Of a stretch of DNA of 64,000 nt, positions 43,041 through 55,324 are shown piece after piece. The notes beneath the pieces were generated by a model. The model was not told where the DNA came from, did no database searches, and was given only the letters and a program-made list of their open reading frames with translations. This stretch comes from Paraspadella gotoi (Eukaryota > Animalia > Chaetognatha), in NCBI GenBank assembly GCA_051294375.1, contig CM119264.1, positions 22,903,826 through 22,967,825 on the forward strand. The letters are read 5' to 3'. Position 1 is the first letter of the stretch. Each line of letters starts with the position of its first letter. A program made the translations under genes and the position numbers.

Positions 43041-43628
43041 TGAGGAGAAAATGAGAAAGAGATGAAGGAAAAAGACGTCTTAAGTCTTAACATAATTGTT
43101 GTATCAAGTTAAAATCGATAAGAATGACTGGCAGCTAAAAAGAAACTAATGGAAGATCATTAGGAACCATTTCTGCAAATTGGCACAATGGGCTGAAAAA
43201 GACTGGCANNNNNNNNNNNNNNNNNNNNNNNNNCGCCAAAAAATCACAATAAATAATGATAATAACTTTACCTTATCGGTGGAAATGACTCTAAAATTAT
43301 TTACAATGATGGTCAAAATGACTCGGTTTCACCAATTTTTTGGATTATATTTAATCAAATTCAAATTCCAGATTTTTTAATCAATACAAACTAAAGCACG
43401 AACGAGTGGCATCCTTTTTTGGCTAATGGGTTAGTCCTCGGTTTCCGCTTTCGCCAAAAAATCACAATAAATAATGATAATAACTTTACCTTATCGGTGG
43501 AAATGACTCTAAAATTATTTACAATGATGGTCAAAATGACTCGGTTTCACCAATTTTTTGGATCTATTTAATCAAATTCAAATTCCAGATTTTTTAATCA
43601 ATACAAACTAAAGCACGAACGAGTGGCA
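42894..43628. repeat. Local duplications around a 25-N gap (42894-43207 = 41221-41537; 43234-43410 = 43453-43628)
   Basis: Near-identical direct copies abutting the gap at 43209-43233. Confidence 0.9.
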
Positions 43629-44770
43629 TTTCGAGTAAAGATGAAAAAATGCTTCCAATTAGAAATTATCACAGTAAATGCAAAGTTGAGACAGTCTCGG
43701 TGAGAGTCGGGTTGGCCTTCACATTGGATAATGGATATATAGACGTATATAATACATATAGATGTTGTGAAAATCATCAGATGGAGACAGAGAGAGTGCA
43801 AAATGTTTCGATTTTAAAAAAAACTTACCCGATTTTCTTCCTTAAACCAGTTTTGACACGAGTTCAGACTTGTTGATATTGGGTGATGTAAGGGGCTCTT
43901 CCAGTTTTAAGATCCTCCAGTTTTACTGGTTAAAAAACTGAGTGATGTCCATTTTTTTGTCAAGAAAAATGAATAAAGCGGATTTAATTAACTTGTCATA
44001 CAAACTATGAATGCTCAATCATTTTAGTTTTTTTAACATTGATCGTTGACACTTTTTAAACTTACCAACAACTCGACAAATCTCACGAAGGTAAAGACTC
44101 TCACCAAAGTAGAAACCAAAGCCTTGGCAAAGCTTAAAGGTTTGCAAACGAGTGGCAATCGGAAGTTATTTTTGGGTCTGGGGCGAAGCGAATTTCTGGG
44201 TGGTTGTCTTCACTTCCTCGGATCTCTTACCCGGCGATCGATGGTCTCTGGCGATTTATTCGGTGGGACTGAGTCTTTGTTTCATGATAACTTTTGCGCT
44301 GCTGTTATTTGGACGGACTCTTGAGAGTATGATAGTCTTTTATGATAGACTTCATCCACCACGCGGTTGTCACTATGGAACTCTTTCCGTCAAATCATAA
44401 GTCAAGTTGCCTCGGCGTCTGCGTCATTTCCGGTCGTCTCGCTCTCTGTCTCGCCTCATTCGCATCGATCGTCGTCCGTGACTCACCAGCGTCGTTCTGC
44501 GGCGTCGTCGGCATCGCCAACGTCGTCGCCGTCGTGGTTGTTTGGTTGTCGTCGGAAACAAAAGGGAAACGGATTTCTCAGACGGTGGAGGAGTTGGAGG
44601 AGATGGTGGGTAGGGGGGGGAGAGGGTAGAGGGGAGAGAGGAAGATGAGGGAAGGTGAAGAGGGGAGATGTGAGGTGGAGGAAGAGAGGGAGAACGTGAG
44701 ACGGTGAGAGTTGATGGGAGGAAAGGAGCGAGAGAGAAGGAATTAGGAAGAATGAGGAGGAATGAGGAAT

Positions 44771-44862
44771 GAGTTGATGCCTGATTGGATTACTGACTGA
44801 CTGAGTTGATGCCTGATTGGATAACTGACTGACTGAGCTGATGCCTGATTGGATAACAGACT
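44771..44862. repeat. 32-bp tandem repeat x3, each containing CTGATTGG
   Basis: GAGTTGATGCCTGATTGGAT(T/A)ACTGACTGACT units. Confidence 0.9.
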
Positions 44863-45762
44863 AAGAAATTTTGGCTATGAAACGATGTTGATACTGAAAC
44901 ATAAATACGAGTCAAACAAATATTTTACACTATTTAGTATTGAATTTGTCATTAGTCATTTTTTGGAAAGTAGTATTAGTATTAGTATTAGATAGATTCA
45001 TTTCTTTGCAACTCTTTGCTGGGAATCAGAGCTGTCGCGCGTTTAAAAACAAAAATGTAACCACGATAGAGACCGTTGGTTCATTTAACATCATAAACAC
45101 TGAATTATAACCACCTCTTTTGATTATTTTAAAAAAGTTTTAAATTGATTTAACGATGGCGAAATAAAGGAGAGAAAAATCGTCTTTATCGCCGCCGAAA
45201 AGAATTTTATCTTTTCGCAACGAGCGAATAAATTTCCTGTTTGGAGAGGGAAAAAGGAAAAGGGGGAAAAGCAGAGAAAAAAGGAAAGATTATGGAAAGG
45301 GAAAAGGGAAGGGAAAAGGAAAGAGAGACGAAAAAAGTGAAGGGAAGGGAGAATGAAAGGGAGAGCCCTGGCTTTGGCTTGGAGTTGCCGCTCTCGGACT
45401 AACGACCCTGAGGAAAAACGAGAGAGAGAGAGAGAGAGGAGAAGAGAGACGAGAGAGAGAAGACAGGAGAGAGAGAATCCTCTGTTTTCCGTTTCCATTG
45501 TGACTCCTTCGGTTTTCCTTTTTTCCTCGTAATAGTCTCAGCGATGGTGAGGTCGATGGAGAAGGAGATGTGAAAAAGAGTTAAGTTCTAAGTTGGCCCA
45601 CGTCGTCGTGTTTAATGAAGATTGTTCATGGAACCGAATTAGTTAATGGTGATAATGGTTACTATGGGAACGTTAGTTTAGGATGATTAGGATAAAGTGG
45701 AGGCAATCGAGTTCGAGATCTAGTTTTTGGTGATTACGATGGAGTAAAGTTTGTTGTTTTTC

Positions 45763-45788
45763 AGAGAGAGAGAGAGAGAGAGGAGAGA

Positions 45789-45831
<43 letters not shown>

Positions 45832-45848
45832 AGAGAAGAGAGAGAGAG

Positions 45849-45898
<50 letters not shown>

Positions 45899-46126
45899 AG
45901 AGAGAGGGAGAGAGAGAAGGTGAGTGAGAGAGAGAGGGTGGGTAAAAACTTGGCGTTAACCGTTAAGGCGGAATTTTCGCTCCATGACGAAATTTCGTTC
46001 ACAAACGACAGGAGTTTTTTTAGAAGAAGATTGGGTTCTGTTCTAAATCGCGGTCTTCTGAGCCCATGGAAAAACTCGATAAGATTAATCCGAGAGAGAG
46101 GATGAGAGCAGATGAGAGAGAGAGAA

Positions 46127-46209
<83 letters not shown>

Positions 46210-46330
46210 GAACTGGCTCATGACCATTTTGGGAAAAGACGGTAATCTATGGAATCTGAATTGAAGGGACGTCGAACAACGAGAGAAGAGAAAGAGAGAG
46301 AGAGAAAGAGCAATAGAAAGAGAGAGAGAG
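45763..46330. repeat. Cluster of (AG)n microsatellites
   Basis: Several long AG runs. Confidence 0.9.
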
Positions 46331-47035
46331 AGAGACGGAATCAAGTGGTCCAAATCCTGGGAGACGTCGACATTTACATGAAAAGTCCATCAGCCTATCG
46401 CTGAGGATCGGCGTTAGCGGGGAAGGCGAGCCGAGGCAACAAGTAGGACGTAGAACGATGGGAGAGTACGGTCGACGAGCGAGGAAAGCAGAAGAGTAAA
46501 AAACCGTTGGGTGAAAGAAATTTGAGAAGGAAATGAGATACAGGGCTGAAGACTTGAAATTGTAGAGTAGAGGGCAATCGTAAGAAAGATTAGAATACGT
46601 TTTAGTTTAAAAGAAAGATTTTTTAGTTTCTTCGGAGGAAGTTGCTAAAACTCTAACCTAACCAATGAAGCTGGTAAAAGTATTATATCCGTTTGGCGAC
46701 AAAGCTTCAGAATAAAGTTCCAATTATATCTGTTATATTTTTGCCGACCTTTTTTGAAATCAGAATTTGATTCTCATCTACACCAGTTTTTTAAAATAAA
46801 TTTTTNNNNNNNNNNGAATATCGAAACGGTACGCCCCGAAAACGCTAAAGTCGTTCTACCGTTGCGAGCTAAAGCGACTTTTTAGATCCGAGCTCCTTGC
46901 CAACGATCAACAAAATACAACAAACCGCGAAAAACTAATGTCTACGGAAGATTTGCAAACGAGAAAAGTTTCGAAAAAGGATTTTTTGATTCGGAATTGA
47001 GATCGAGCGACGGGAAGACTCTCGATCGTTGCGGC

Positions 47036-47414
47036 ATGGATCACTCACCCCCCTGGCACCGTCGCCCCGCCGGAGGAAGGAGGCGCTACAATCGCTTCAG
47101 GCCTCCATCGCTCAACGAAGGCCCCAATTACGAGGCCGAGTTTACAGAAAGGTGAGATCGTTTCTTTATATTGTTTTAATTTGTTGGTGCGACCTTTCTT
47201 TCGTTTTCTCCTACTATTACTTCGTTTTTTCCTTCTTTCGTTTGTTCGGTTTTTTTTTCGTTCCTTCGTTTTCCCACGGGACTTTTTTTTTTCACTCAGG
47301 GGCAAAGATGAAATGTCGATGGAATGGGCGGGGAATCGGCCTCCCTTTCGCCGAGAGGCAGACGACTACTTTCGGCACGGTCTCAAGCAGGAAGTTCTCA
47401 AGGTCTCCCCCGAA

Positions 47415-47509
<95 letters not shown>

Positions 47510-49669
47510 ACTGTCCTATTTTTTGTATTTTCTGGCCGAAGAAGTGACGGCGGAGAACGGCGAAGTGGGGATCTTCTTCAAGGCGGTGGCCATCGCGGGC
47601 GACGCCAACGGAAACGTCGGCCTCGGAGTCGACACGTCGCTCAAACCCACAAGGTTGACATTTTTAGGAAATCGAGAAAATTAATATTTATTGCCTATTG
47701 GGTTATTTTCTATCATTTTTTCAGAGCCGCGAGAAACGCCATTCACATCGCTCAAGAAAACATGGTATCGATTCGCCGCGGCCACTGGGGGGCTTCAAAG
47801 ATGGGAATCCCACACACAATATTTTGCAAGGTAATAGAAAATTCACGTGCAAAAAATGGCAATGGTTCACTAGCCGAAATTGTTAGTATGATGTCATTCT
47901 CTGTCACTGTGAAACTCATTCGCCACTTATTGCCCTTAAGTGCATCATCTTCCTCGCAGGTTTCCAGTTCAATCGGCGACCTCCATGTCAGGGTCAACCC
48001 AGCCCCGCGCGGCACGGGCATCACCGGCCCGATCCTGGCCCGCAAGCTGCTGGAACTGGCGGGCGTGCAGGACGCCTACGTGATCGTGAGAGGAGAGGAG
48101 CCCGACCTGGCGACCCTGTGTCAAGCGATCCTTGCGGCCGTCAAGGACACATTCACCATTTTTCAGGACAAGATTCTGCAGGCCTACAAGTACGGGGAGA
48201 ATGAATGGGAAGAAAAAGGTTGGAAGACTAGTGGGGTAAGCTTTTGTGTGGTAGTGGGGTAAGCTTTTGTGTGGTAGAGTGGTAGAGTCGAATGGATACT
48301 TTTCCTAGTCTAACGTGGCCTACCGTCAATTTTTACGGTATTGTTTACTTCAATGGGTTAAAAGTAAAGCGGCATCAAAGTTCGATACAGATACGAAACA
48401 GAATATAGTCATTATAGAATAATTATTCGTTCCGTTTTCATAGACGAAAGTTTCTTTGTTTGTTTTGTTTCGCCAGTATTCGCCGCAAGGAGGACCTGGT
48501 CACTTACTCCAAGACCAACGTGGCCGAGATTATGCCATTCTCTCAGCCCAAAGGCTCCTACGGGAATTTGGGCCTCTTCACACCGGACATGGCAGAAAGT
48601 AAGTGGAGTGAGATTAGTCTCGTCGTTAGCATCGTTGTCATCCATTTGGTCATGACTTGACGCCGCGCCCACTCGTTTTAGCCCCGCTTCCTCCAGCGCA
48701 GCCGGCGCCGTCCAAGGTTCCGCCCACCTTCAGCGACTTCGTTCCCGGCGCCAGAGCTCACGGCACACAATCGTCCATGTCGTCGTTGTCATCTTCGTCG
48801 TCGTCTTCAGCTTCGTCCTCTTCGTCGTCGTCGTCGTCGAAGATCGTCTACGACGTCAACGTGGAAGAATTCGTTCCGACGTCGAAAGTTGCGACGATTT
48901 CGGCGGAAGACGCCGACGCCGACGCCAGGGTGAGCTTTTCATTTTGATCGGCGATGAAGGAGACTTTAATTTTTTCTTCCCTTTCCATCCTTACAGGACG
49001 TGGCCAGCTACATTGAGGAGATCAACCAGATCAGCAGCCAATTCGACTCCGGTGACGCGAGAGGGAAGATGCTAAGTGGCGTCGGTAGCGTCTCCGGCGT
49101 CCTCGATCCAGACAGCCTCGCTTTCGACGGCATCTACGGCTACAGCGACTACGGAGCCGGCGAATACGACGCCGCGAATTTCGACACCGGCAGCTACGAC
49201 GGCGCCAATTTTGATGCGGCTAACTTCGCGGACGTGTATTACGGCGACGCCGGTTTCGAGAGTCAAATGGGCGGCGCCGAGGACACGGAGCCTAAGAAAG
49301 AGTCTGGCGAGAGACGAGGTGAGGGAGTCGACGAGGTTGTCGAAGGAGATGGAACTAGAGTTGGTGACACTGATACTGTAATAGTAACTGCTTGTAAAGC
49401 AGTAGATGTTTTTTATATTACTTATATTCAATTTCAAGTTAAAACGAAACCACAGCCAATCAATGCCTCGAATTCTTCGTTCCCTTTCTCCCTTTTTAGG
49501 TGGTTATGGTTTCCACAACCCCTACGCGATTCCTCCTCTTGTTCCTCGTCAACGTAAACCGATTCCGATCGTCGATCCCAACGAAGTTGACGACGACGAC
49601 GACGATGACGACGAGGACGACGACGACGACAGCGCCGGCAGCGGCGAAGTCAAGCAAATCCACGATTAA
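47036..49669 (+). CDS. RPS2-like: Divergent paralog of cytosolic 40S protein uS5 (RPS2) with a long C-terminal extension, ~513 aa. Exons 47036-47151, 47300-47415, 47542-47653, 47725-47830, 47960-48189, 48477-48598, 48682-48929, 48997-49318, 49500-49669
   Basis: Exon lengths sum to 1542 nt with consistent phases. Motifs [32 protein letters not shown]...[20 protein letters not shown] and [12 protein letters not shown] align to uS5. The RRGxWG..PHT insert marks the eukaryote/archaeal cytosolic type rather than MRPS5. The start ATG is uncertain because the frame stays open upstream. Confidence 0.88.
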
Positions 49670-52331
49670 CGAGAAACATAATTTCTTTTACGCTCAAATT
49701 CTCTACGAAGTTCCGGTCTTTCTTCGCTCGAGGGTTCTTTGCTTTCATCTCCCGGAGTTTTACGCATTGCATAGTTTAGTTGTATATTTTTATCGAGTTT
49801 TAAGTTGGAGGTATTTACGAATTTGTTTATTGTACACTTTTTCGATTCCGTTTCTTTGTCATCCGCTGAAACGGGGAGGGACGGGACGTGAGGGAATGGG
49901 GATGTTGGGTCTTTACGACATTTTACGTTTCCTCTTTAAAAGTTGGTAAATTTAAAATTTTGATGCGTATTATGTTGATATTGCTGGTTACGAATATTTT
50001 ATCTTGACGCGTTCGGAACTCGGAGAAGAATTTGAGTCGCTTTTTTTCGATCTTTTGGCGCGAATTCTTTCGATCAAGTACATTTGAAAAAAAAAGTTGA
50101 TTCACACGAAAACAAAAGACTTGCGCGGAGTGTGAAATGATTTGGCGCGAATTTCTGTGTCAGAAACATCGCGTCACTCGCGGGTATTTTAGTGGCACTA
50201 GGCAATTCTTTGCTTTTTTGCTCGACATTTAAGACGATTTGTAATAAAATTTTCTATTTCACAGGTTGATATTGAGGCGTTTTTTTGTAGGGTTAATTAT
50301 TTGTAGGCCGAAGTTTTAAAAGTTGGAGGTGATTAATTATTAGTCAATTCCATCTAATTTTCAAAACTTTTTGATTTTAAAATATTTTAAAATTTTAGAA
50401 TTTTAGAATTTTAGAATATCTCTGTCCGTCTTTCCCTAATCTTTCCATTTCATTTCCTCCTCATATTCGTCCCCCTTTTGCTGTATTTTTTCATTTCCAT
50501 CTTATTGTCTTTTCTTATACCCATCAACGTCTGTTTTATTATCTTGTTCTTTTTATAAATTAAAATCTTTCTCTACCAACACCCTGCACCCGCTAAATAT
50601 CTCTTTCTCTTTCTATAATCTTTCTCTCCCACCTCATTGTTCCCGTCTCCGCCTATTATCCCTCCCACCCGTCCGCTTGTGACTTCACGCGTCGATGTCA
50701 ACAGCGACGGACATAAAATCCGAAGATGGAACCGAGGATGGAATCGCATTTCCTTTTATGGTCGCATCGTTGGAAAGGAAAACAAAACAAGTTGAAGCCG
50801 TGAGTGGGAGAGGGGGAGGGGGGGAGAGAGGGAAAGACAGAAAGCGTGGAACGTTAAGAGAGAGAACTCGGGACAACAAAGTTTCAGAATCATGATATCT
50901 TCTGTCATAAAACTTCGTCTTTATGTTTGAATATTTGAAAAATAGAAAACGTGACGGTACCATATAGACAACTGTAAAGAAAATATACCACATTTCTCTG
51001 GCTGTTGTTGCTGTACAGCGCCCACTGGTCGAGCGGCGCTAAAAGCCTCTAGATATGTTACGCCCATAAAACCAATTGATCCGTAAGTATAATATATATA
51101 TAATAATATAATATAATATATAATATAATATAATATATATATATATATATAATGTCATAGAGACGACGACGATAACAAAGTCAACAAATATCCAGCAAAA
51201 ATTTCTGCCATAAAGTTTAATTCTTGTTATCCCTTTTCAAAGTGACGTCGTCGTCGTCGTCGTCATGAATATGATTCTTTATCCTCGATTATTTTGTGTG
51301 TGTGTTTCTTTTACATTATATAACCTAAAATTCATTTTTTTAAATAAACTTTTAGTTGTAACACTGCTAACTCATAAAATTATTGTTTCTTCATGCTTTT
51401 ATTAAAAAGATTGCATTCATTTTGTATTAAATATATAAAAGCCTGTCCAAAGTCAGGGACAAGATAGCTTATTTATTAAATGAATGGATAATTTTTATAT
51501 TGGTTGTACCAATTTCATAGAAATTAAAAAGAATTGTAGTCAAAAGTAACAAAAAAAAACAAAAAAAATAATGTATTTAATGGGCCAATTACCGAAATAT
51601 CAACCGATTTTGCTGCAGACATAAAAATCGGACTTTCAAACTCTAAGGATCGAGCTCTCACCATCGCTTTCGATCTTTTAATTGATGTTTAACGAAAAAA
51701 TCTTTCATCCAACGGAAAATCAAAACTCATTTGTGCGGGAATCGTTTTTTCTCCCCCAAGAGACCGCCTAACATTTTCCCCTCATCCTCCACCTCCCCTT
51801 CACCACATTTTCCGTACACTTCTCAAACTATTATCTCATCTATTAAATATTTAATCCTATTTAGGCTATTAATTAGCCTATTTTCTTTCATTTTCATCAC
51901 GTTTGTCCGGTCATCTATATAACCATTTATTTCTTTTATTCATCCCAACTTCACATCACATCTAATTTTCTCCACTCCTCACTCTCATTTATTCTCATCC
52001 TCTCATTCACTCATTTCCTTGGGATCATCTCATCATCCAATCAAGGAATTGCTCCCCGTTGACTACACCTCCAGTCGATCCAACTCTAATCAGTCGGTCT
52101 CCTCATCCTCCTCTTCATCCTTCTAATCCTCCTCCTCCTCCTCTTCCTCCTCGAATCCTTAGGTCCTCATGTACAACCACACTCCGGGGATTCGCCAGGG
52201 GGCACGGTCCAGAGAGATAGTGAGAGAGAGAGAGGGGAGGGGGGACGGCGCTGACCCTAAAAACAGATAACTTCAAAACTCGAAAAAATGTGACCGACAT
52301 TTTTTAAAAAAAGTTTTTGGGTCGCGTGGGC

Positions 52332-52633
52332 GCGTGCATCGCGTGCACGCACGATTACATCGAGCGGATGCACACGAATCGTGCATTTAACATTCCTGTT
52401 GTGAGAAACTGTCGCGTGAGGTAGCTAGAGCCTGACATACACGTTTTAAATCTTCGCGTGACCGTACCAAAGAAAAAAACCGTCACCCCAAGAAAGAAAA
52501 CCAAGAACTTTTTTAACACGTATACACCTGATTCATGCCTAGCTGTCGCTCACAAAAGACCTCAAACGGGAACCCCCTTGCCTTTCATGCGCATATGAAA
52601 ATACGGCTCACGAGCGTGCACTCAAAGCGTGCA
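52332..52633. promoter_or_regulatory. Cluster of seven TGCRCNC (metal-response-element core) matches upstream of the 53003 gene
   Basis: Matches at 52332(-), 52341(-), 52344(+), 52369(+), 52614(-), 52617(+), 52627(-). Confidence 0.4.
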
Positions 52634-53002
52634 TCCCGCGTGCGCCAGTGAGTCGTGCATCGTGATCGAGATTTTGACGAAAGTCGGCGAAACTTGTGAA
52701 ACAAAAATTATCCCTAGAAAAAAAAAAGAAAACTGAAAACGAATTGCAACTTTTTTTCTGGATTAATTCGTTCGTCAAAAAACTGTAAACATAAAAAAGA
52801 CAAATAGAAAAAAATTGCGTAATAAAAAGTGAATAGCGACTGGATATTTATCAGAAAAGAGGACAACCGTGAATACGCAATATATATAAAGAAAAAAACG
52901 AAGTGGAAAAATAAAAAGAGAAAGCAAAGAAAAAGAAAAAAGGAAAAAAAAAAACTAGAGAAGGAAATGCTAGAGAAATCGGGGCAGAAGTGATTCATCA
53001 CT

Positions 53003-55237
53003 ATGGGCGTCGGCGGCAGCAGGATTTGCCAGAACGAGCGTCAAAACAAAATCGAGTCAGGAGAAAAGAAAGATGGCGTCTCCCGTCGTCTTCGTCGAGG
53101 TCGTCGTGACGGTGACGCGACGGCGCGCCCTCGGGCCGGTCGCGCCACGCCCTCTTCCTCCAGCTCCGCCTCCGTCACTCCCGTCACCTCGCTGCGTGTA
53201 TCGGCGCCTCTTGCTTCGCACGAATACGTGCCCGAGGCCCCATCCAAGAAAGCGGCCGCCAACAGTCCTGCTGACACTTCCACCGATGACGAGGATCTCC
53301 CGACTATCTCTCACGACGATTCGATAGACGTCGCTTTCCCTAATCCCTCTCAGTATAATGCAGAAAACTCTGAGGTCGCTCCAACGGACCTATCAATTTC
53401 CAACACAGCTCCAATATGCCTTTCCCTTTCCAACACCGCTCCAACAGGAATACCAATTTCTAACACCGCTCCAAATACTGATCCATCGACCACCGATTCT
53501 CCTAAAACCGCAACATCTAACGTCGATACATCAGCTGAAACCAGTGCTCCATCCAATACTAATGCCGTCAATATTAATCCAAACAAAATCGAAAAAGGCG
53601 ATCACAATGATTCATCTCTCCGCTCTCATTCCGACGCAACTTCAACAGAAGCAACTGACCCATCCATTCCACCGCCCTCTCCCGGCATCACCAACGACCC
53701 CGACCGTCTTCATCTACCACCTTCCATCGTATCCTCCCATCGGGAAGACCCACCCGATCGACCCCCATCTCCAACCACCTCCGACCCCACCGACCCACCT
53801 TCGTCACCATCCTCCACCCTCATGTCTCGATCCGCCTTCGCCGCCTTCGCCGTCGACGTCCTCCGCGACGACCACGGCGACGACTTCGATTTCCTCGTCG
53901 ACGACGAAGACTTCAGTCTCGAGTTCGTCGTCAAAGCCAAACCGGAGAATCGAGGAAAAATATTTCTGAAGGTCGATATCAGATTTCATTACTTTATTTT
54001 ATATTTAAAATATTTTTGTGATTTTGTTAGGTAAACCAGAAAATTAGAGTATGAAGTAAAGTATAAAAAAAATCTAAATTTAACTTTGTTTTCTATTTTC
54101 ATGAAGTCAAATCAATATATCCAACCTCCTTATATTTTATGCTAAGCTTTATTGAGATCTTACTTGACTACTTGTTGGAATGGAATAGGTTGATTTTTTT
54201 TCCGAGGCCAAAGTCATAATTGCTAATTGTACTTAGTTAAAAAAATATTTCTGCTATGAAAAGTGTTCCCTTTTTAACTTCAAGTTTAACCGATTTCCTT
54301 TTCTCCAGGACCGATTCCGTCGATTGGCCGGCGTCGGCGATGAAGTAACTCGCGACCATGTGCGTCGTTCCATCGCCGACTCAACCCGGGGTCTCCATCT
54401 TTACCGGCAGCCACTCCGGCATTTCGAGGAGGTATATTTAATTTGTCAGGATTTGGTCCTTTTGAATCAAAGATGTCCGCCTGGCAGAATTAACAGAATT
54501 ATCGAATAATCAACTTAATTTATTGACGATATCTTTATTGTTTAATGTCCATCTTCTTTTTCCTTAGTCCGACTTCCATCGCCTTGTCCCCGTGATAAAG
54601 ACCTCCACGTGGGTTCGAACCTTCGACGAAATCATGGCGAAGCACGGGAGTCGGAATAAGATCCTCCAAAGGCCCCTCAACGTAAGGCTCGCATCGAAAT
54701 AAGTCGCTGTTAAACTTTTGAGTATTTAAAATCATTTTTTTGACGGCTGACTAACTAACTGATTGATAATTTTCAGTCCCATTGCGGTCCTTGCTATCTT
54801 TGCTATGGCCTTGGCTGCTCGACGAGCTGCTTCGGGCGAAGCTGCAGCGTCTGCGATGGCGTCGACGACTTTTACGACGCCGACGACGCCGGCCTGCGCT
54901 GGACGCTGGCGGTCGATTACGGTAAATTTCGTCGCTTTGTGACGGAGACGGAGGAGCGTCATTGGCGCCGGAAATTTGGCGTCGATCCCGTGGGCGTCGC
55001 CGTCGCCAACTTGAGGCGCCGCTTCGACCGCGAGGGGCGCTTCGAGCGAGTCGGCGGCGGTGCTCGTGACGCCGCCGTCTTCGTCGCTCTGACGCCCGAC
55101 GGACTCGCGGCGTCAATGATTTTGGCGCCGGAAATTGTGGAGGCGTTGAACGTCAATGGTCGGCACGTAGTGGCACTGCCGGCGCCGGGGATTTTGTTGG
55201 TGACCGGTGAGAATAGAAAAATAGATAAAGATAAGAA

Positions 55238-55324
<87 letters not shown>

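Noticed and set aside
42540-44570. Stop-codon reassignment to explain interrupted exon-like sequence
   Set aside because: Clean genes end in TAG (NOX), TGA (CTR1) and TAA (uS5-like); the interruptions are better explained by indel errors.
45673-46353. SL- and ER-rich ORFs here and at 717-1196, 40989-41423 and 62129-62494
   Set aside because: Translations of (AG)n/(CT)n microsatellites.
47036-48262. Mitochondrial MRPS5 or a processed RPS2 pseudogene
   Set aside because: It has the cytosolic-type RRGxWG..PHT insert, and it retains introns with intact phase and no stops.
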